Positions 40,089-53,961 of a stretch of DNA of 64,000 nt are shown here, one piece after another. This DNA is from Perkinsus olseni (lineage: Eukaryota), in contig JABANN010000120.1 in the NCBI GenBank assembly GCA_013115125.1, forward strand, positions 1-64,000, in the 5' to 3' direction. The first letter of the stretch is position 1. Every line of letters starts with the position of its first letter. Under the pieces are notes generated by a model. That model saw nothing but the letters and a program-made list of their open reading frames with translations. It searched no databases and was not told the origin of the DNA. Both the position numbers and the translations under genes were made by a program.

Positions 40089-40475
40089 ATGCTAAGATTG
40101 AATTCACGGCACTTTCGGTCGTCCCGCCCCTCTCACCTTACCGTCTCCAAAGGTCCGACAAGCAAGCAGCTGCGCGTGGTCAAATCTGAAGGTCTCCCCT
40201 TCCTCACCTGGTACGGTATCTGGTACTCTCTCGGTATCGCCATCTGCTACTCATCCGTATCCAGCCGCCCTGAGGTCCACAGCGAGGCTATCAGACTGTT
40301 GAAGGTGGCAAAATTGGATCGGATGGTCGACCTTGACCAACTCGACCCGGACGTTGGTAAATGGACCGTCATCCTAGCGTTGAATAATATTTTGGAAATA
40401 GCCCGAGCGCCTTTCGTAGTGGCATCATACGCGTGGTGGAAGAGGGCGATTCTGGCGCGTGCTCTCAGAACGTGA
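40089..40475 (+). CDS. DUF1279/FAM210-like mitochondrial membrane protein (intronless)
   Basis: Arg/Ser-rich transit-like N-terminus; VVKSEGLPFLTWYGIWYSLG..; GKWTVILALNNILEIARAPFVVAS resembles the DUF1279 pattern. Confidence 0.6.
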   Translation: MLRLNSRHFRSSRPSHLTVSKGPTSKQLRVVKSEGLPFLTWYGIWYSLGIAICYSSVSSRPEVHSEAIRLLKVAKLDRMVDLDQLDPDVGKWTVILALNNILEIARAPFVVASYAWWKRAILARALRT

Positions 40476-41231
40476 ATACGTACGCTGAGTTCCTGTTAAC
40501 CTGTCCCAGTAGGATATTTCGGCTCGTTCTTTTTTTCTGACACCTCTAGCTTCTGTATCATTGCTTCTACGTTTGGTGAGTTGAACAACTATTGCTCACA
40601 CTTACGTCAACCAATCTCCAGCATTGCATGAACGAGAACAAAGCAGTTATCGGCACTCTCTGCTCCTGTTGTGGTGTTAATCTTACGGACGGTTGTGGAC
40701 GGTCTAAAGTGGCTTTCAGTGGTGTTTTCCGAGAATGGCAGTGTCTCCGGGTAAACCTGCAGTCCCCACCTTGTCCGCGGAATTGACGCCTGTAAAAGAG
40801 GCGACGATCTTCGAAGCGTTGTGCAAGCGGGAGGCTAGATTTAGGGCAACCAGTACAGGCTTCACGGTGAGTCGAGTCCGAGAATTTCTCGGAGCTCTAG
40901 CCGTAGAAGTCACACGGAACGCGGCAGTCGTCATCCTTAGGTCAACCCGGTAGCAAGGAGCGCTCGAGGATACGGTTTTCAAAACTTAGCTCTTCCCACC
41001 GAGAAGCCATTGGTAACGTGATGGTAACGTGGCTGTGTTAACAATATGCGTGCAAGGTTACTGAGCCGTTCACAGCGAGAGAGTTTACTGGGAAACAAGG
41101 TGAATGCTATGAGATAGCACAGGTAGTAGGTGTGGTGGCAACTCTAGAAATATTAGTGTCGAGCGTCACCGGCTGAGTAGACCAGGAGCTTTTATTTAGC
41201 TGCTATATACATTCGGAATAGCTCCAGCACA

Positions 41232-42374
41232 ATGGCGCAGGCACGGAAGCGGCTCGGGAGGTATCTTCCGGTTGACTTGAAGGAGTTACCTGAGACTCAA
41301 GCTGAGGAGATTGGGTGGATTCAAGGCGTCCACATGCGCATGGTAGAGGAGCAGCGCCAGGCCAAGCTATCAGCGGATCGCCGACCCAAGTCGGCCCCTA
41401 TGGTACGCTCAGCCCGGGGACATCCAGAGGAGGTAGTAATAGTTGATATAAGATCGCTTACGTTGGTGATGCATCTTGGTTGGTTGTCAAACCCGCCTGG
41501 GATAGATACCAGAAATGCCGGCGACGTTGCGACGCAGCGAAGAAGCGAGCGCGGATGTTGGAAAGGGGAGTCAAACGGCAAGGGCGTCGGCGACTACCTC
41601 GAAGAGGAAGGGTTATTGCCGTCCTCATACTGCAAGAGTTGGCCTGAAAGGGACGGACGCCGGAATAGAACCCACGCCCGTGGCTCGTCGAGGGCCAGCT
41701 ACTACTACCAGTCCGAGAAGCAATCGAGCAAGTAAGTTCGTCCGGCCAAAGACGGCTGTGAGGACTGTGCTGCAAACAGTGAAGGATAAGAAGCCGGAAG
41801 GGAGCTCGAGGTATGCTAATAAGAGCTCGGCAGCCTCACGGTACTGCAGCTTGGGTAGGCCGAAGAGTGCCCATCCGACTGGGCATTTCGACAGTTGGAC
41901 ACACTCGAGAAGGGTATCACGAACGAAGCGGTCACAGCAAGGCCAACAGGCTGCTATCAGAGGTGGGCTGTCGTCAATGTCAGTGTTCAACTTCCGAAAG
42001 AATGCCGCGTACCCGAGTTCAAACTTTGTAGTCGTATTGAGGATCTCTTTCGGTACAGGGAGCCTGGCCTGTGCTATGTCCTAGCAACAGCGTATTGGTA
42101 CTCCGCGGACCTAGTGTATTCGTGGAGTTTCGGGGGAGCAGATGTTTCCTTGGTATTCTACACGCTACTTGAACTCAAGTACATAGATCAGCGAGAACTG
42201 TGGCAAGGTGACTCGCAACAACTTTCTCTCTGCAGATATACTCGCTAAGGGCGTAGCTAGTGCATTGATGAAGTCCTACGCTCAGTCGAGGTGGAACCGA
42301 CCTAAGAAGACCAGCGACGTCGTCCAGTACGCATGGGAAGGCTCAGCTCTCACTTTGGATCAGTCCAGTTACTA
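41232..42374 (+). CDS. Hypothetical basic, low-complexity protein with RPKSA motifs (multi-exon)
   Basis: ATG at 41232; open Arg/Ser-rich exons; RPKSA occurs twice and RPKTA once. Confidence 0.35.
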
Positions 42375-42763
42375 GTCGGCGTCGCTCACCGTGCTTCTAC
42401 GGTCAGATACAGTACCAACTTCTACCTTACCAAGGGCCACAGCCCCTTCGTAGTACAGTGAATGCCACATGCCTGATGACAGGTTATGCATACTTGATAG
42501 TCGCTGATGTGCCGTTGTCTTTATGGATGTTCTAGTGTTGTAGTAACCAGTACTTCAATGGGCACCCGGGGAGTCAACTTGGATTGCCTGCGCTATTGTG
42601 CTGCTTTTCTCGCGCTGAGTAAGTCGTACGAGAGGAGCTACGCGCGAACGGCAAAATGCTGCATTCAAGCCGACTCGAAAAAGAGTCCTGTCGAAAGGCG
42701 TGGTGACGCTGTAAAGTTCATAGGATGAAAGGCTGAATGGTATGAACTTCATACCGTTCAATC

Positions 42764-45700
42764 ATGCTCTCCCCACTCTCCCGATACCTTCCAGCCGTCT
42801 CTGTGCATCGGGCCTTGTTAGTTTTGGTATGTCTTCTTCAACGACAGTCCGATGGGCGAAGACAGCGGCTTCCAGTGGATACCGCCTGGTATCGGTTGCC
42901 CGGCTGTGCTCCCAGAAGGATGACACCTTCACCGACAAGCACATGCTCCTCTCGAGGTTGAGGTCGGAGGAGTTTGCCACTAATGCAGAGAAGTTTCACG
43001 GGGAACTATTGCGCCTGGTAGTCAACTTGCCACTATGAACTTGCCAAATGCCCCTGTTTGAATTTCAGTCGGAAACAATCAGTAGCCGCGTGGGAACGGC
43101 ATATTTTCGGGACTTGCCTGAGAATCATCTCCGTGGGTTGCACTTACTACTGAATAATACGCGAGTGTATCCTCATTCGGAACTACCGATTCATTCGAGC
43201 GTGAACCATCTATCTTCCCTCTTCGTGATGGAGTCGTCATCATCGATAGTGCATGTGCAGGGTGTGCACTTCCCTCATAATCTCTTCTCGCGAGCGAGTT
43301 GTGATTTCTAGTGTTTTTCTAAGCGTACACCCTGTATTATCCAATCGCCCGTAATCTTATCGATATTTAGGCCGAGCAGAGTCGCTATTTCGCGGCAGCG
43401 TGAGTAGAGCCATAGCCATTAGAACTTGGAGTCCTGCTAGGCTGATTGTATCTTGTGATGAGTTTAGGTAACCACTGGGACCAGCCGGAGCATGTCACCC
43501 TCTGTATGGCCTATAGTGGCTAATATGGCAGCCAAGCATCACCAACGAAAGGCCCTACCAGATGAGGTCGGTGAACAACTCCTTCGCAGCGCTCGTCTAC
43601 TCTATACGAGCGGTACCGCAGGTTGTAACGGAGATACTGGACGTCGTCGGAGCGAGCCACACCGCTTGGGATGGTCGCCTGGCCGCCTATGCTATCGGCT
43701 CCTTCGCCAAAGTAGGTCGGTTGGCGCCGTAGAGAAAACTGTGTGGAAGCGACTCTATGGGTTCCGTTTCGATTTCACGGGCCCTTCGGACGACTTTGGA
43801 AAGACTTGCTTTTTCCGCGACTGGCAGCGCGGCTCTATAGCCGATGCTCGGTCTCCTTACCAGCGATCCCATCATCCTCAGCTCTGCCGATCCAACCCGA
43901 GGCTCATTACTATCCTGGGCCCTCTTCTTGACCACCATCTTGCCCCCGCTCGGGGTGGCTCCAACTGGACGGACGTTGAGGGTATATGCTTGCGGCTGTT
44001 CCACATTTACAGGAAGCATGTAGGCCTGTAGCTGTTGTAACCGCGTTTGTAATCACCGAATGATGCGCCTGTCCGGGCATATCTTGGTCGACTCAGATTG
44101 CGTTGCTTTATCTGGTTTTTCGTTGCTACTCGGCCCTTCTCGACTGTCCTCGCTTCACTGTTACTCGTAGAGCGCAGAGTCGACCGAAGCAGACTCTAGC
44201 CAGAGACGGATCCTCTTCTCCTCCTGTCAGCCTCGAGAAGACTCATTCATCCATATCTTCCTTCCGCCCTTGTGCAAGCGGCTTCGTGCTGCCCTAGACG
44301 GCGATGGTCCTCTGCCTGCCGCCACTGACTTGGACGGCATTCTTAATCTCTCTGCACTCCTCGGTCAGCAGGGAGTCCAAGCCAGTGTATTGATTGTGGA
44401 GCTTCTGGAGAGAGTTGGGGCGAAGGGACAATCGGCTGCCATTGTACATGCGTGTAAGCCTGGGTTATCTGACGGTTTATCAAGTAGCGCTAACTCTAAT
44501 AGTCGACTGATAAGCGTTGAACTGTGGCCCGTAGAGGCAACACAAATCTTCGAGTGCATCGTTACAGTATCTACATGGGACTCACGTTGATGCCAGACAG
44601 ACCTTCATCGGAGGTCTAGGAAATCGTTGTCATAGTAGGTTATACGTCTGAGTCATGATGGAGAGACTTTACCGATAATTGTACAGTCGATCGTAGTTTG
44701 TATGCGCCTTAGTATTGCCCGTGGTCGCCACGGCGTGGTGTGACCGCTCAGTGGGTTGCTATTCTATGTTCAAATGTCTTCATTGCTGCTCTCTCAGGTC
44801 TGAGCCTTGCCGAATCGGCCGCCCTTCAGCCGTTGGTGGCGCGGTGTATCCTCATTGCCGATTCTCGAGACTTGCGGAGTGCGAAGGAACTATCGACACT
44901 CCTCACCCTCTTGACTTCGACTCCGCATGCTGACCAGTTCGACGAAGCTAAGCTCCACTTGGTAGGCGCACGTCTTGTTGTTATCGCGGCTATTTCCGTT
45001 CCACTGTTCAGCTGCAGTCCCCTCTGCTACACGGGGACGGTGAGGGTCTGTCCGCTGACGAAGTGGCGTTGATAGCTCGCTCGCTGGCCGGCATTGGTCA
45101 GGTCGATGGAGCTGCCGAAGAGTTGGAAAGTAATCGACGCGCCAGCTGGCTCATTAGAGCTATGGGATACTGAGTGAGAATCGTGAGATGCTGCTCAGAT
45201 GTCATCTGGAGGATTGGCCGGCGATCATTCGGGTCGAGTCTGAAGGGCCTTCCTGCTGCCAGCGTCATAGCCTTCATGAGGGCGGGTAAGGGGACCACAG
45301 TGCTGAAGATGTGCGGTGACCCGTGACAGCGGCTGAGACCTTTCCCTCTTCCGCAGAGGCTGAGTGTGGAGACCTGGTGTCAGTTACATGGTGTACTGAC
45401 GGCAGTGGCCCTAGCGACCCCACAATACAATTCTTCGACAGCCTAGGGCCCTACCTCCTGGAGAAACAATATCCGCCCGATGCCACTCCCAACCGCAGTG
45501 ACCTCGTTACAGTAGCAGTCAGCCTTGCTAGGATCAATCATAGAGATGTAGTTGTCATTGCTGGCTGGGTCGTCTCAGATAGGAGCTCTCTGGCTCGGTC
45601 GGGTGTATAAAATTCTTCATTTTTGCGGTCAGTGCGTTAGCCACCTTGCATCCTCGGTAAGGTTCCCCTGCTGGTCACACTGTGCTCGCTGCTCCGACCA

Positions 45701-47172
45701 CACGTACCTCGATTAACAGCAGCGGAGTGTGTAGCGGTGATATCAGCGTACTCTAGGCTGGAGCAGAGGGAGGTGAGCGACGCCTCACCCGGTTGGAATA
45801 CAGAATCTCGGTGCACTGGAGGCGAGAACTCTTCGCCGAGTGGTCGTTGGTTTGTTCGAGCCTTCGACCTGTTCGACGTCGGTTCGGTCTTTGGCGGATT
45901 TTCCTTTGCCATTTCCCTGCCTCTCGTGCTGTTGGTCCTCAGGCGGACTTCCTCACCTTGGTGTCACACAGACTGCTCGCTGCTGATTCTCTGGGTGATG
46001 CCACCCCCGGCGTTTTCGAGCTTACCTCCAGCGCGGAGAGTGTGAAGAAGCGTCGGCAGCGACACGGTGGGTTGCCAAGGTCGAGACTCTCTGATGAACC
46101 CTCTTGGTCAGAGGCCCTTCCACGCCCTAGCAGTGGCGATGGTGTCACCATGGAGCAGCTCTGTGTTGCCGTATCATCCCTGGGAGCGATGGATGTTATC
46201 AGTCCAGACTTCGCGTGAGCATCGTCCTTCCCTCAGGGAAGTTCCCTGTCTGCGGTCTTCATTCACGTGTGCGCTCCTCTCAGACGATGGGTGACAACGA
46301 AGGTTCGGAGATATCCAGCTGATAGAATCACCTCCAGCAACGTGAGGGACATCATTGTGGGCCTCACTAGGACGGGCAAGACAGATGTAATGACCATCTT
46401 GAAAATAAGCGGTCGGAGTTGAGTAGAGCCTTAAGAGCTGTCGCCGAGCCTGACAGATTGCCGCTGGTTCATCAAACATCCTTCTCGTAACGCCGGACTT
46501 CCTAAGTGGACGGCAGATTTGAGATTGAGGCTGTTCACTTGGTGTCTGACGGGGTCTGCGCACAAACAAGATTCGAAACTTGCCGGAACATTCTAGATTT
46601 GTCCGTCTGCTGCCTCTGGCGCTGTTTTCATCCACTTGTGTTCTTTCGAGCCTGTTTGTTGGTAGGCTGTCCTCTTCGATCGACTCTTGGGCTGTCTTCA
46701 ATTAGAATCTGTTTCTGGGGTTGTCCTCGGCGCTTTGGTCAGCGCCCTCCGTCATGTGGGTTACCGCAAGGTGAGCTGTTGATTCAGCCACTTCGCTCCG
46801 CTCGAGGGATGAGCCTTCTTAGACCGACTTCACCGAATCGGCTGTGTCCGTAGCTCGAGACCCCGTGGCAGCGGCCCTGGTGTATCATGCAATAGCTGGC
46901 CTGGATCTTGCGGCGGTAGGATAAGTTCACCGCGGTATGGACTCGGAAGCTCGGTATGCTCGAGCACTCAGGAGCTGGACACGCAAGGGATGCCGGGCCT
47001 TGACGAGCTGCTGGACGCATCTAGTATTACCCCAATCGTCCTGTCGGGAGCGATGGAGTACTTCATAGAGGTTCTCGGGAGAGAAGGAAGTCCTTCGCTC
47101 GAGATTCTCGGGAAGGGCTTCGCGGTGGTAGGTTGTGTCTGTGATGCAGCTGGTGTCAACGAGACAGTCTGA
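42764..47172 (+). CDS. Long multi-exon alpha-helical repeat protein (possibly an organellar RAP/FAST/HPR-type RNA-binding protein)
   Basis: Leu/Ala-rich helical repeats (DLVTVAVSLARINHRD, QLCVAVSSLGAMDV, EVALIARSLAGIG) in successive exons. Family is inferred, and this may be more than one gene. Confidence 0.35.
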
Positions 47173-49435
47173 CTATGTGCTGATTCCACATACTTCTAGG
47201 GACATCCCACAAGCTCGTTGATGACCGCTGTTGCGACCAAGCTTCCCTTCTTACTGAGCATGGGTGACCTGGCGGTAGTTCGAGCACTGCACCAATTAGT
47301 AGGACGAGCGAGCCGTGGGTTCGCAAAGAATCCACCCTTGCCGAAGACAATAGTGGCTGAGGTGAGCTGAGTAGCTACGTCGCCTTCCATGCTGTTAATG
47401 CATGTCCTTTCTGTGCCTTCGGCCGCATTCTCTCATTGTTCTCCGTACACGTCCTCTCTCCATGCTTCACTCGTGATGTGGCGCGTATTTTACTACAAAA
47501 ATGACGCTTTTCGATTCGCTGTCGCTACTGCAAGGTTCAACATACTGTATCTCGTGTTCGCTATGCGCAAGGTGGTCCGGCTGCATCCGACTGCCGGCGA
47601 GCGTGGGTAACTCGAGAGGCCGGCCTCGAGCTATATACTGATATCCTCTTCACTCCGACTATCATGGAACGCTCGGATGACTGAGCTTGTCATGTTTCTG
47701 ATATAATCAGTTTCTGCATCGCATGTATTTGTGCAATCGCCCCGATAAGGTTGAGAAGGGCTGGCCTTTTTTGGTGGTAGCTGATTCTTACGATGTGCGA
47801 ATACTCGTCGGAGCTGCAGGTTTACCCGGCTTCTACAGAGGTAATCGGCCTCGGGAGTGGAAACGCATCTCTGAGGTCGTTGAGTTGCTCGACTTGAGCG
47901 CGTGTCAGCAGAGAAGTCCAAGCTTTAGTTTTTTGAATATGATCTCTTCGGCTATCACTTCGGTAGACGTCGACGTTCAGTATTTGCGTATAATAGACCA
48001 ACCGGAGGCGGAAAGGAACACTGCCCGGAGATCGTCCTCTGTAACCGCTGGAAGCTTGGTGAGTCGCGGACTGGCTGAACGGCACGTCCAACTCCGTGCC
48101 TGAGGTCCTTGTGCAGCTCTTCCTGGGACAAATCGATGGTTGTTAACCCCGATGTAACCTAGTAGAGTTTAGTGCATTGTAGTCGCGCTGTCTCGTGGTG
48201 GCGCGTTCCAGTTTTCTGTTCTAGGTCAAAGACGGACGGGTTTATCTCACTCTCACAATTGATGGCTCTGGAGTGGTGGCTCAGACGGCTCCAGTGGTGA
48301 GGAGGACCTTTCGAGGCATGCCTTCTCGGCGTCCTGTTAGCAGATCTATCCCTCCCTGGTGTTATTTAGGATATGAGCAATGAAAGCCCGCTGCTCGACT
48401 TCAGCAATCAGCCCGATATACACATACCTCTGAGAGGAGCCGCGATGGAGAGCGAAATGGACGAGTGAGTATCGGCACGAGATGCCGAGCTGCTATGGTG
48501 GCACGAATCACCCGTTTTTCACCGCCAGGAACTCTCTAACCCTGCGAATACGGTTATTTCAAAACTTGCGCAGCAAAAAGAGCGAACAAGAAGGGAAGTC
48601 TCCGAAACTGGTAGGACACGTTCTCAGCAAGGGTTTGATTTGGATGAAATAGGTCTCAATCAGGTCATTGCAGCGGAGGGCAAGTTTCCAGTTGATGCCT
48701 CAACCCATGAGGCTCCGGGAGAGAGTGGGTCGGACCTAACCGAGCGAAGAAGCAGCAGAGACAGCGACGCCTTGGAGCGTAAGGATACCACTGGAGTTCC
48801 TCACGAGCGCTCTCATTTGTTACCAATTCGGGTGAAAAGAGTTGTACCCAGTGTTTGCGTGAACGGGATTTAGCTAGCTCCCTGGGCGATTTGTAGGTAC
48901 CACGGATGTGGAACTGTGGTCGACTGATGGGCAGCGTCTCGTGGCAGTAGTTGGGATTAGAGTAACGCCGTCAGCGAGGATTCCGGGTACTCCCCGAAAT
49001 AGTAGACAAGCCAACAAAAGTACGGAGGGACGGGCTGGGTCGGCTATTCGACCTGATACCAGCAACTCAACCGTTTGCTGGAATCCTGATAGATAGTTTT
49101 TATCGTAGCTGAACTACCGAGAACTAGCTTTCTAAAGTTTCCTGCGGCCGGCGCACATTTCATGCCTCTCCTCGTAGTATGAGGCTCATAAATATGTTTC
49201 TCCGGATGGAGGTTATCCTATCCAGTCTGCTCTATGCTGAGAAACCTGCCATAGCGTTCTTTCGTACGAGCGGTTATGGATGCACGGAGATCATGTCTGG
49301 TCGTCCCGGTCGGGGCACCCACGCAGTTTAACTGCCGCAGTTCGACCTAATCTTCATAAGCTTGTCAGTCTCACCGTCATCTTCATCCCCATGTGGGGAA
49401 ACCGGAGATCTGGGTGTCATCACCCCCGAGTTCTC

Positions 49436-49456
49436 CCGTAGCCATCTTGGCTCAAG
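49436..49456 (+). other. Spliced-leader (SL) relic
   Basis: CCGTAGCCATCTTGGCTCAAG matches the Perkinsus SL exon. It is not followed by a GT donor, so it is not an SL RNA gene. ATG at 49473. Confidence 0.85.
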
Positions 49457-49472
49457 CCATCTATTTTAGGCA

Positions 49473-52352
49473 ATGCCAGATTTCTTGACATCCGAACAAG
49501 CTAGATCACTATTCGAGCGTGAATTGCCTAGTGGTTACGTGAGCTGCGATGATGCTTATGAGGTTTTGAGAAGATGTTTTGAATTGAATGGCTAGTCGTA
49601 GGAGAGGCCGACAATATCTTTGCAAGGATGAGTGTGATGTCATATGTTCTGTGGACCTATTGAGTGAGAGAGCATTATAGGCTTCTACTGGGTATGGTGT
49701 AAGAAAGGTTACTCGAGTATCTGGTAGTAGTTTGGCCCTGCAGTCGCCGAGTAGACGTAGTCCCGGACTGCAGGCGCAAGCGGCATCGCCGTAGCAGCGC
49801 CAGGAAGTAATAGCGAGCAGCAGTGGTGCTGCCCCCTATGTGGAAAAAATTACAATGTGAGAAAGAGTTTCCTGAACCGTGGTTACAAGATTCATAAGGT
49901 TTCCTTAAACGGTCACGGTGCCGCGGGGGCGGGCGGCGGGCTCGGGCAATAGATAGAAATGGTATTGGGTGCTAGAGGCCTAGCCTTTACCTCTGCGATG
50001 GAGGTACGCCCCCTGTTAACTCGAGTATCAACGCGAACAACTTCGCGAACAACAAGAAATCTAGGATTCGTATTGAGAAGAGGGAAGCGGCACTGGGCGG
50101 AGCTGCTGACTGAGGAAACCATTCTCCCTGTTGGGAACTTGGTATGGACTTCATTAGTCCGAACCCCTGTCACCAGTGGGTGTTGGGAGAAGCTAAGATG
50201 GGGGTACGCCCTTGAACAAACTCAAGTATGGAGCAGTGTCAACTTTGAGGAAGTGAGAAGATGTATTTCACTTGACAATTTATTATGGGATGGGTTGCTG
50301 AGCTCGGTCAAGGCAAGCGACTGTGAGCTTTGATAGAGCTTGATTGCGGATGTCACGCTTTTCTCGGATGATAGCTCCTCTTATCGGCTTTGTTTCCTGT
50401 CACGCCCAGTCGTCTCCAGCCGACCGAGGCTATTGTCCGATTTGTCGATCCATCTGACGCCGACTTACCGGAATACATCATTGCGGTCAACCTTACCCGT
50501 CTTTGCACCATCAAGAGAGAATTTCTCGGGGCGCCCCTTGAAGTACCCTTGTACATGGTGGTACCCGGTCGCGTGGTCAATGTACAAGATTCCGCAAGAC
50601 AATGGTACAATCGCGTTGTCCTGGGACTATGCTTCAACGACGGTTACTCTCTAATCGATGTACCTGACTGACGACTGAGAGCTGCGCTTGTCAACGAATT
50701 TACTAAGGGTCTCAGTTTATGTTATGCTAGAGTGCTCATGTGTGCGCCTGGCGTAATAAACATCGTATTGTGTAGCTCGTCTCAACCACCTTCTGATGAT
50801 GCCTGAAGGTCTTGGCAAAAACCGAAAAGTGCGTGAATGGGTTGGGAACAGTGATCCGCTGTACCCGGGGTGTACGAAATTCCATTGCTGGTAGAGTTCT
50901 TGTCTGTCACTCTCGGAGATCAATGATGAGTTCTCATTTCAGGCTCGGTCAATCCGCTCGTGGCTGCTTCGAGTCCGTGCACGCTAGAGGGCGATGAAAC
51001 GGTGGCAGACGAGCATGGTCGTCTCGAGACTAACGAGCATGCTTCAGGTATGCTCGCCAGACCCTGCAGCTATATCTCCGCAACTCGAAGGGCGCAAACT
51101 TCTTCGCGAAATCACGGACAAGCTCGTGACGTCTAATCCTGGCCACGTGCGAGCTGGTGGCGTAGAAGGCGGGGATGGCAGGAGCAAGGTGGGCTCCGTA
51201 TGATCGTGTCCAGCACGTTGAACGAATTGGGTCGACCTTAGCTTCGTCGCTACGGTACTCGCGGCATGCTTTCTCTTAGGAGACGAGTAAGGGTGGAATG
51301 ACGACTGCCATCACAGGGCCGGCCAGCATGAAGGAGTTCTATGACCAGATGCAGCGATGGAGCCTCATGTGCGGTAGGCCTGTCTGTGCCTGCCCTCGGC
51401 CCATGATTTTGCTGAGATCAGGTCCATACCGGGAGATTCACGACACGATGCACGATATTGCTCATTGGAAGGGGGACACGGCCAAGACGTGGCTCTTCCT
51501 GCTCGTATCAACGATCGCCTGCCTCCATCCGGGGTGAGTCTCTTGTGGTGCCTCATGGCGAAGAAGGATGCGCCTGTTTCGAGTGGTGTGCGTTTCCCGC
51601 TACCTCTACTATCGGGCGTGAGAACCGGCGCGAGGCTTCCAGATCCCATTGCGATCAGGTGGATTCTCCCCTCGCTGCCTTGGGTGGCCATTGGGTTCTG
51701 GTATCTGCGGCTCATCAAGCGCATCCAGGAGACGGCACTGCGGCAGCGCAGGAAGTCCTCTACGGCTGAGACCGAAGGTCGTAAACGTGATACTGACAAA
51801 GACACGGAGAGCAGTAAGTCAGCTGCAGCTGATTCCCTCCTGTGGGGTTCTGTGACTCTGTGGTGTGTTTGGTAGGCAAGAGCGGCGTCTATGACTGGAT
51901 GCAGAAGCTGCAAGACAAGCAGCGCGAGGTTGAACTTAACCTGCAGTATAACCAGACGGTCACGCAGCAGGGTCTGAGAATGCTGGAGAGCTTCCGCAAC
52001 ATCAATCCACGGGAGGCATTGGTGGGTAGCGTACTTCAGGTAGTTTCACAGGCAGCTGCCTGCAGGTGATGAGCGCGATTCTGGCCATCCCCCTCACCAT
52101 CGGCTTCCTTCTGGTACCGTTCAATTTCCTCGTACTTCTGTCGATCTATGCAACGCTGGGATATAACATGCTCTCCGATGAGATGGCGGAAAATCTTCGC
52201 AGGTAGGGAATCAGCGTACCGCAGCCCACCGGACGCTTGTGGGTTCCTCCGTACCATCCTTGTTCGCCATCAGATTCGTCCTTCATCATTTCGAGGGTAT
52301 CATGGACCGTTTCCTGTCGAGGTCGGCTTCGGCGAGGCAGCTTGTTGAGTAG
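49473..52352 (+). CDS. Multi-exon membrane protein: EF-hand-like N-terminus and an MCTP/GRAMD4-like C-terminal membrane region
   Basis: EQARSLFERE..GYVSCDDAYE (EF-like); HDIAHWKGDTAKTWLFLLVS; QQGLRMLESFRNI..AILAIPLTIGFLLVPFNFLVLLSIY (hairpin TM pattern). Linkage of the first exon to the rest is unproven. Confidence 0.35.
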
Positions 52353-52399
52353 GCACAAGGCATGCTGCACGGCGCCATCTCTATGGGTTGGTAGGATTG

Positions 52400-53605
52400 T
52401 ACAGACCGTGAGTGAGGATTCTCCGAAAGCGCAGCAGGCTGCCTCCGCCGTGACGGCGAAGCATGAGCGTCGGTCCCCTAGTGGAGAGACGGGTGGCGGG
52501 GCGTTGTCTGAGCTGGCACGGTCCAGGTCGAGCGGTGACAAGGTATTCCTCTTTTTTGAGAGTTCGGTGATCGGCTCCCCCCTTCCCAGGCGCGTGTCTT
52601 CGTGACGTACGAGAACCAGCGTTGGTGGGTCACTGGTGGATGGGGTCATCACACCTTCGCCGGGGAGCGATCGGCATGGAGCGACGAGTATGGTCAATTC
52701 TACTGCCCTAAGGAGTCCTTCCAGTTGCCGAAGGGTCCGGGGAGATGGGAATGGACTAGTCTGTGGTAAGCAGTGAGTGGTTTGCATAGAACTAGGGGGG
52801 TATCAGACGGCGTACGGCGATTGTTCCGTGGCTTGCACGCTGTATCAGCCAATCATACTCTGTACTTCCCGTGGCCAGAGTCTAAACCACCCATCCGTTA
52901 CTCGTCCTTCATAAGGTACGTCGATCGAAGTGCTGATGGAGACGTTGAAGGCTGGGAGTAAGTTAGCGTCAACGCGTTATACGCGGTTCTCGGTCGTCCT
53001 CGCTGCTCTGGACTTCCTCTCGTAGCAAGCTGGGTGTCGGTTTATGCTGGCGTTGCCGTCTCCCCACTCGTCTTGTCGCGGGCTATTCGAATTTCACAGA
53101 TACGCCCCGTCATTTTCTGCGGCCAACGAGGACGGTTTCCATTCTGAAATGCGGAGGTCTGATGTCGTGAGGCGTCGAAGGTGGTGCCGACGTTGCAGGA
53201 TGGTACCGGGATCTGATCTGGATAACCCGGCAGCATCGCCCTCGAAAGGGGCCCGGCAGATCTCCTCTGTATGAGCATTCGTGTATGTTTTCTACACTTT
53301 CCGTGCCATTTTGTAGTCTTGCTGGTGGTTAAATTATAGCGGGGACGCAAAGGGGATTGTCGTTTACGCTGTAGAGTCCTATAAGACCGACGAAGCCCTG
53401 GGTGAATCATGCATGCGAAGGATCACACTTGAGCCTTGCTAAGGCGACAAGGGTCGCCTTTGAAGGTCGTTCGACTCTCCTCTCGCCCGTACACCGCAAA
53501 ACTGGGCCCTCGCTGATGAGTCCCACGGGACCCGCCGTTCAGTCGGGAGACACCGAAGGCGTCCTTTCGCTCTCCGGAGGCCCCCATGTGGGATGGATTA
53601 CTCAT
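52400..53605 (-). CDS. Hypothetical protein (multi-exon)
   Basis: Several open minus-strand frames separated by intron-like stretches; no domain recognised. Confidence 0.25.
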
Positions 53606-53961
53606 AGCTGACGAGAGATGACCTCCAGCGCCCCAGCAGGGTCTTCTCGTATATGCAAGATGAAACTCGTTTTTCCCACGTACTACTGATGGCAACAAAA
53701 CACCCTCGAGGGTGTGAAAAAATCGAATAGGGAAAATAATATTGAAGTAGTCGCATAGGGCTTTGAATGAAAAAGAAGTAGCCTTGAAATTATTGATGTG
53801 GCCGAGATGCTCGTATGATGTAAGTGGGACGCGACACTAGGGCGTAGGACCCCATAAGGCTCCAGAATCTCAGTTGGTCCACAAGGCCGTGTGCAACCAC
53901 TGATGGTGGAACAGCCTCCCTGCCCAGGGGGGCTTGTTGACCAATGGGAGAGACCGAGAAG

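Noticed and set aside
49436-49520. SL RNA gene
   Set aside because: The SL exon is followed by CCATC rather than the obligatory GT splice donor.
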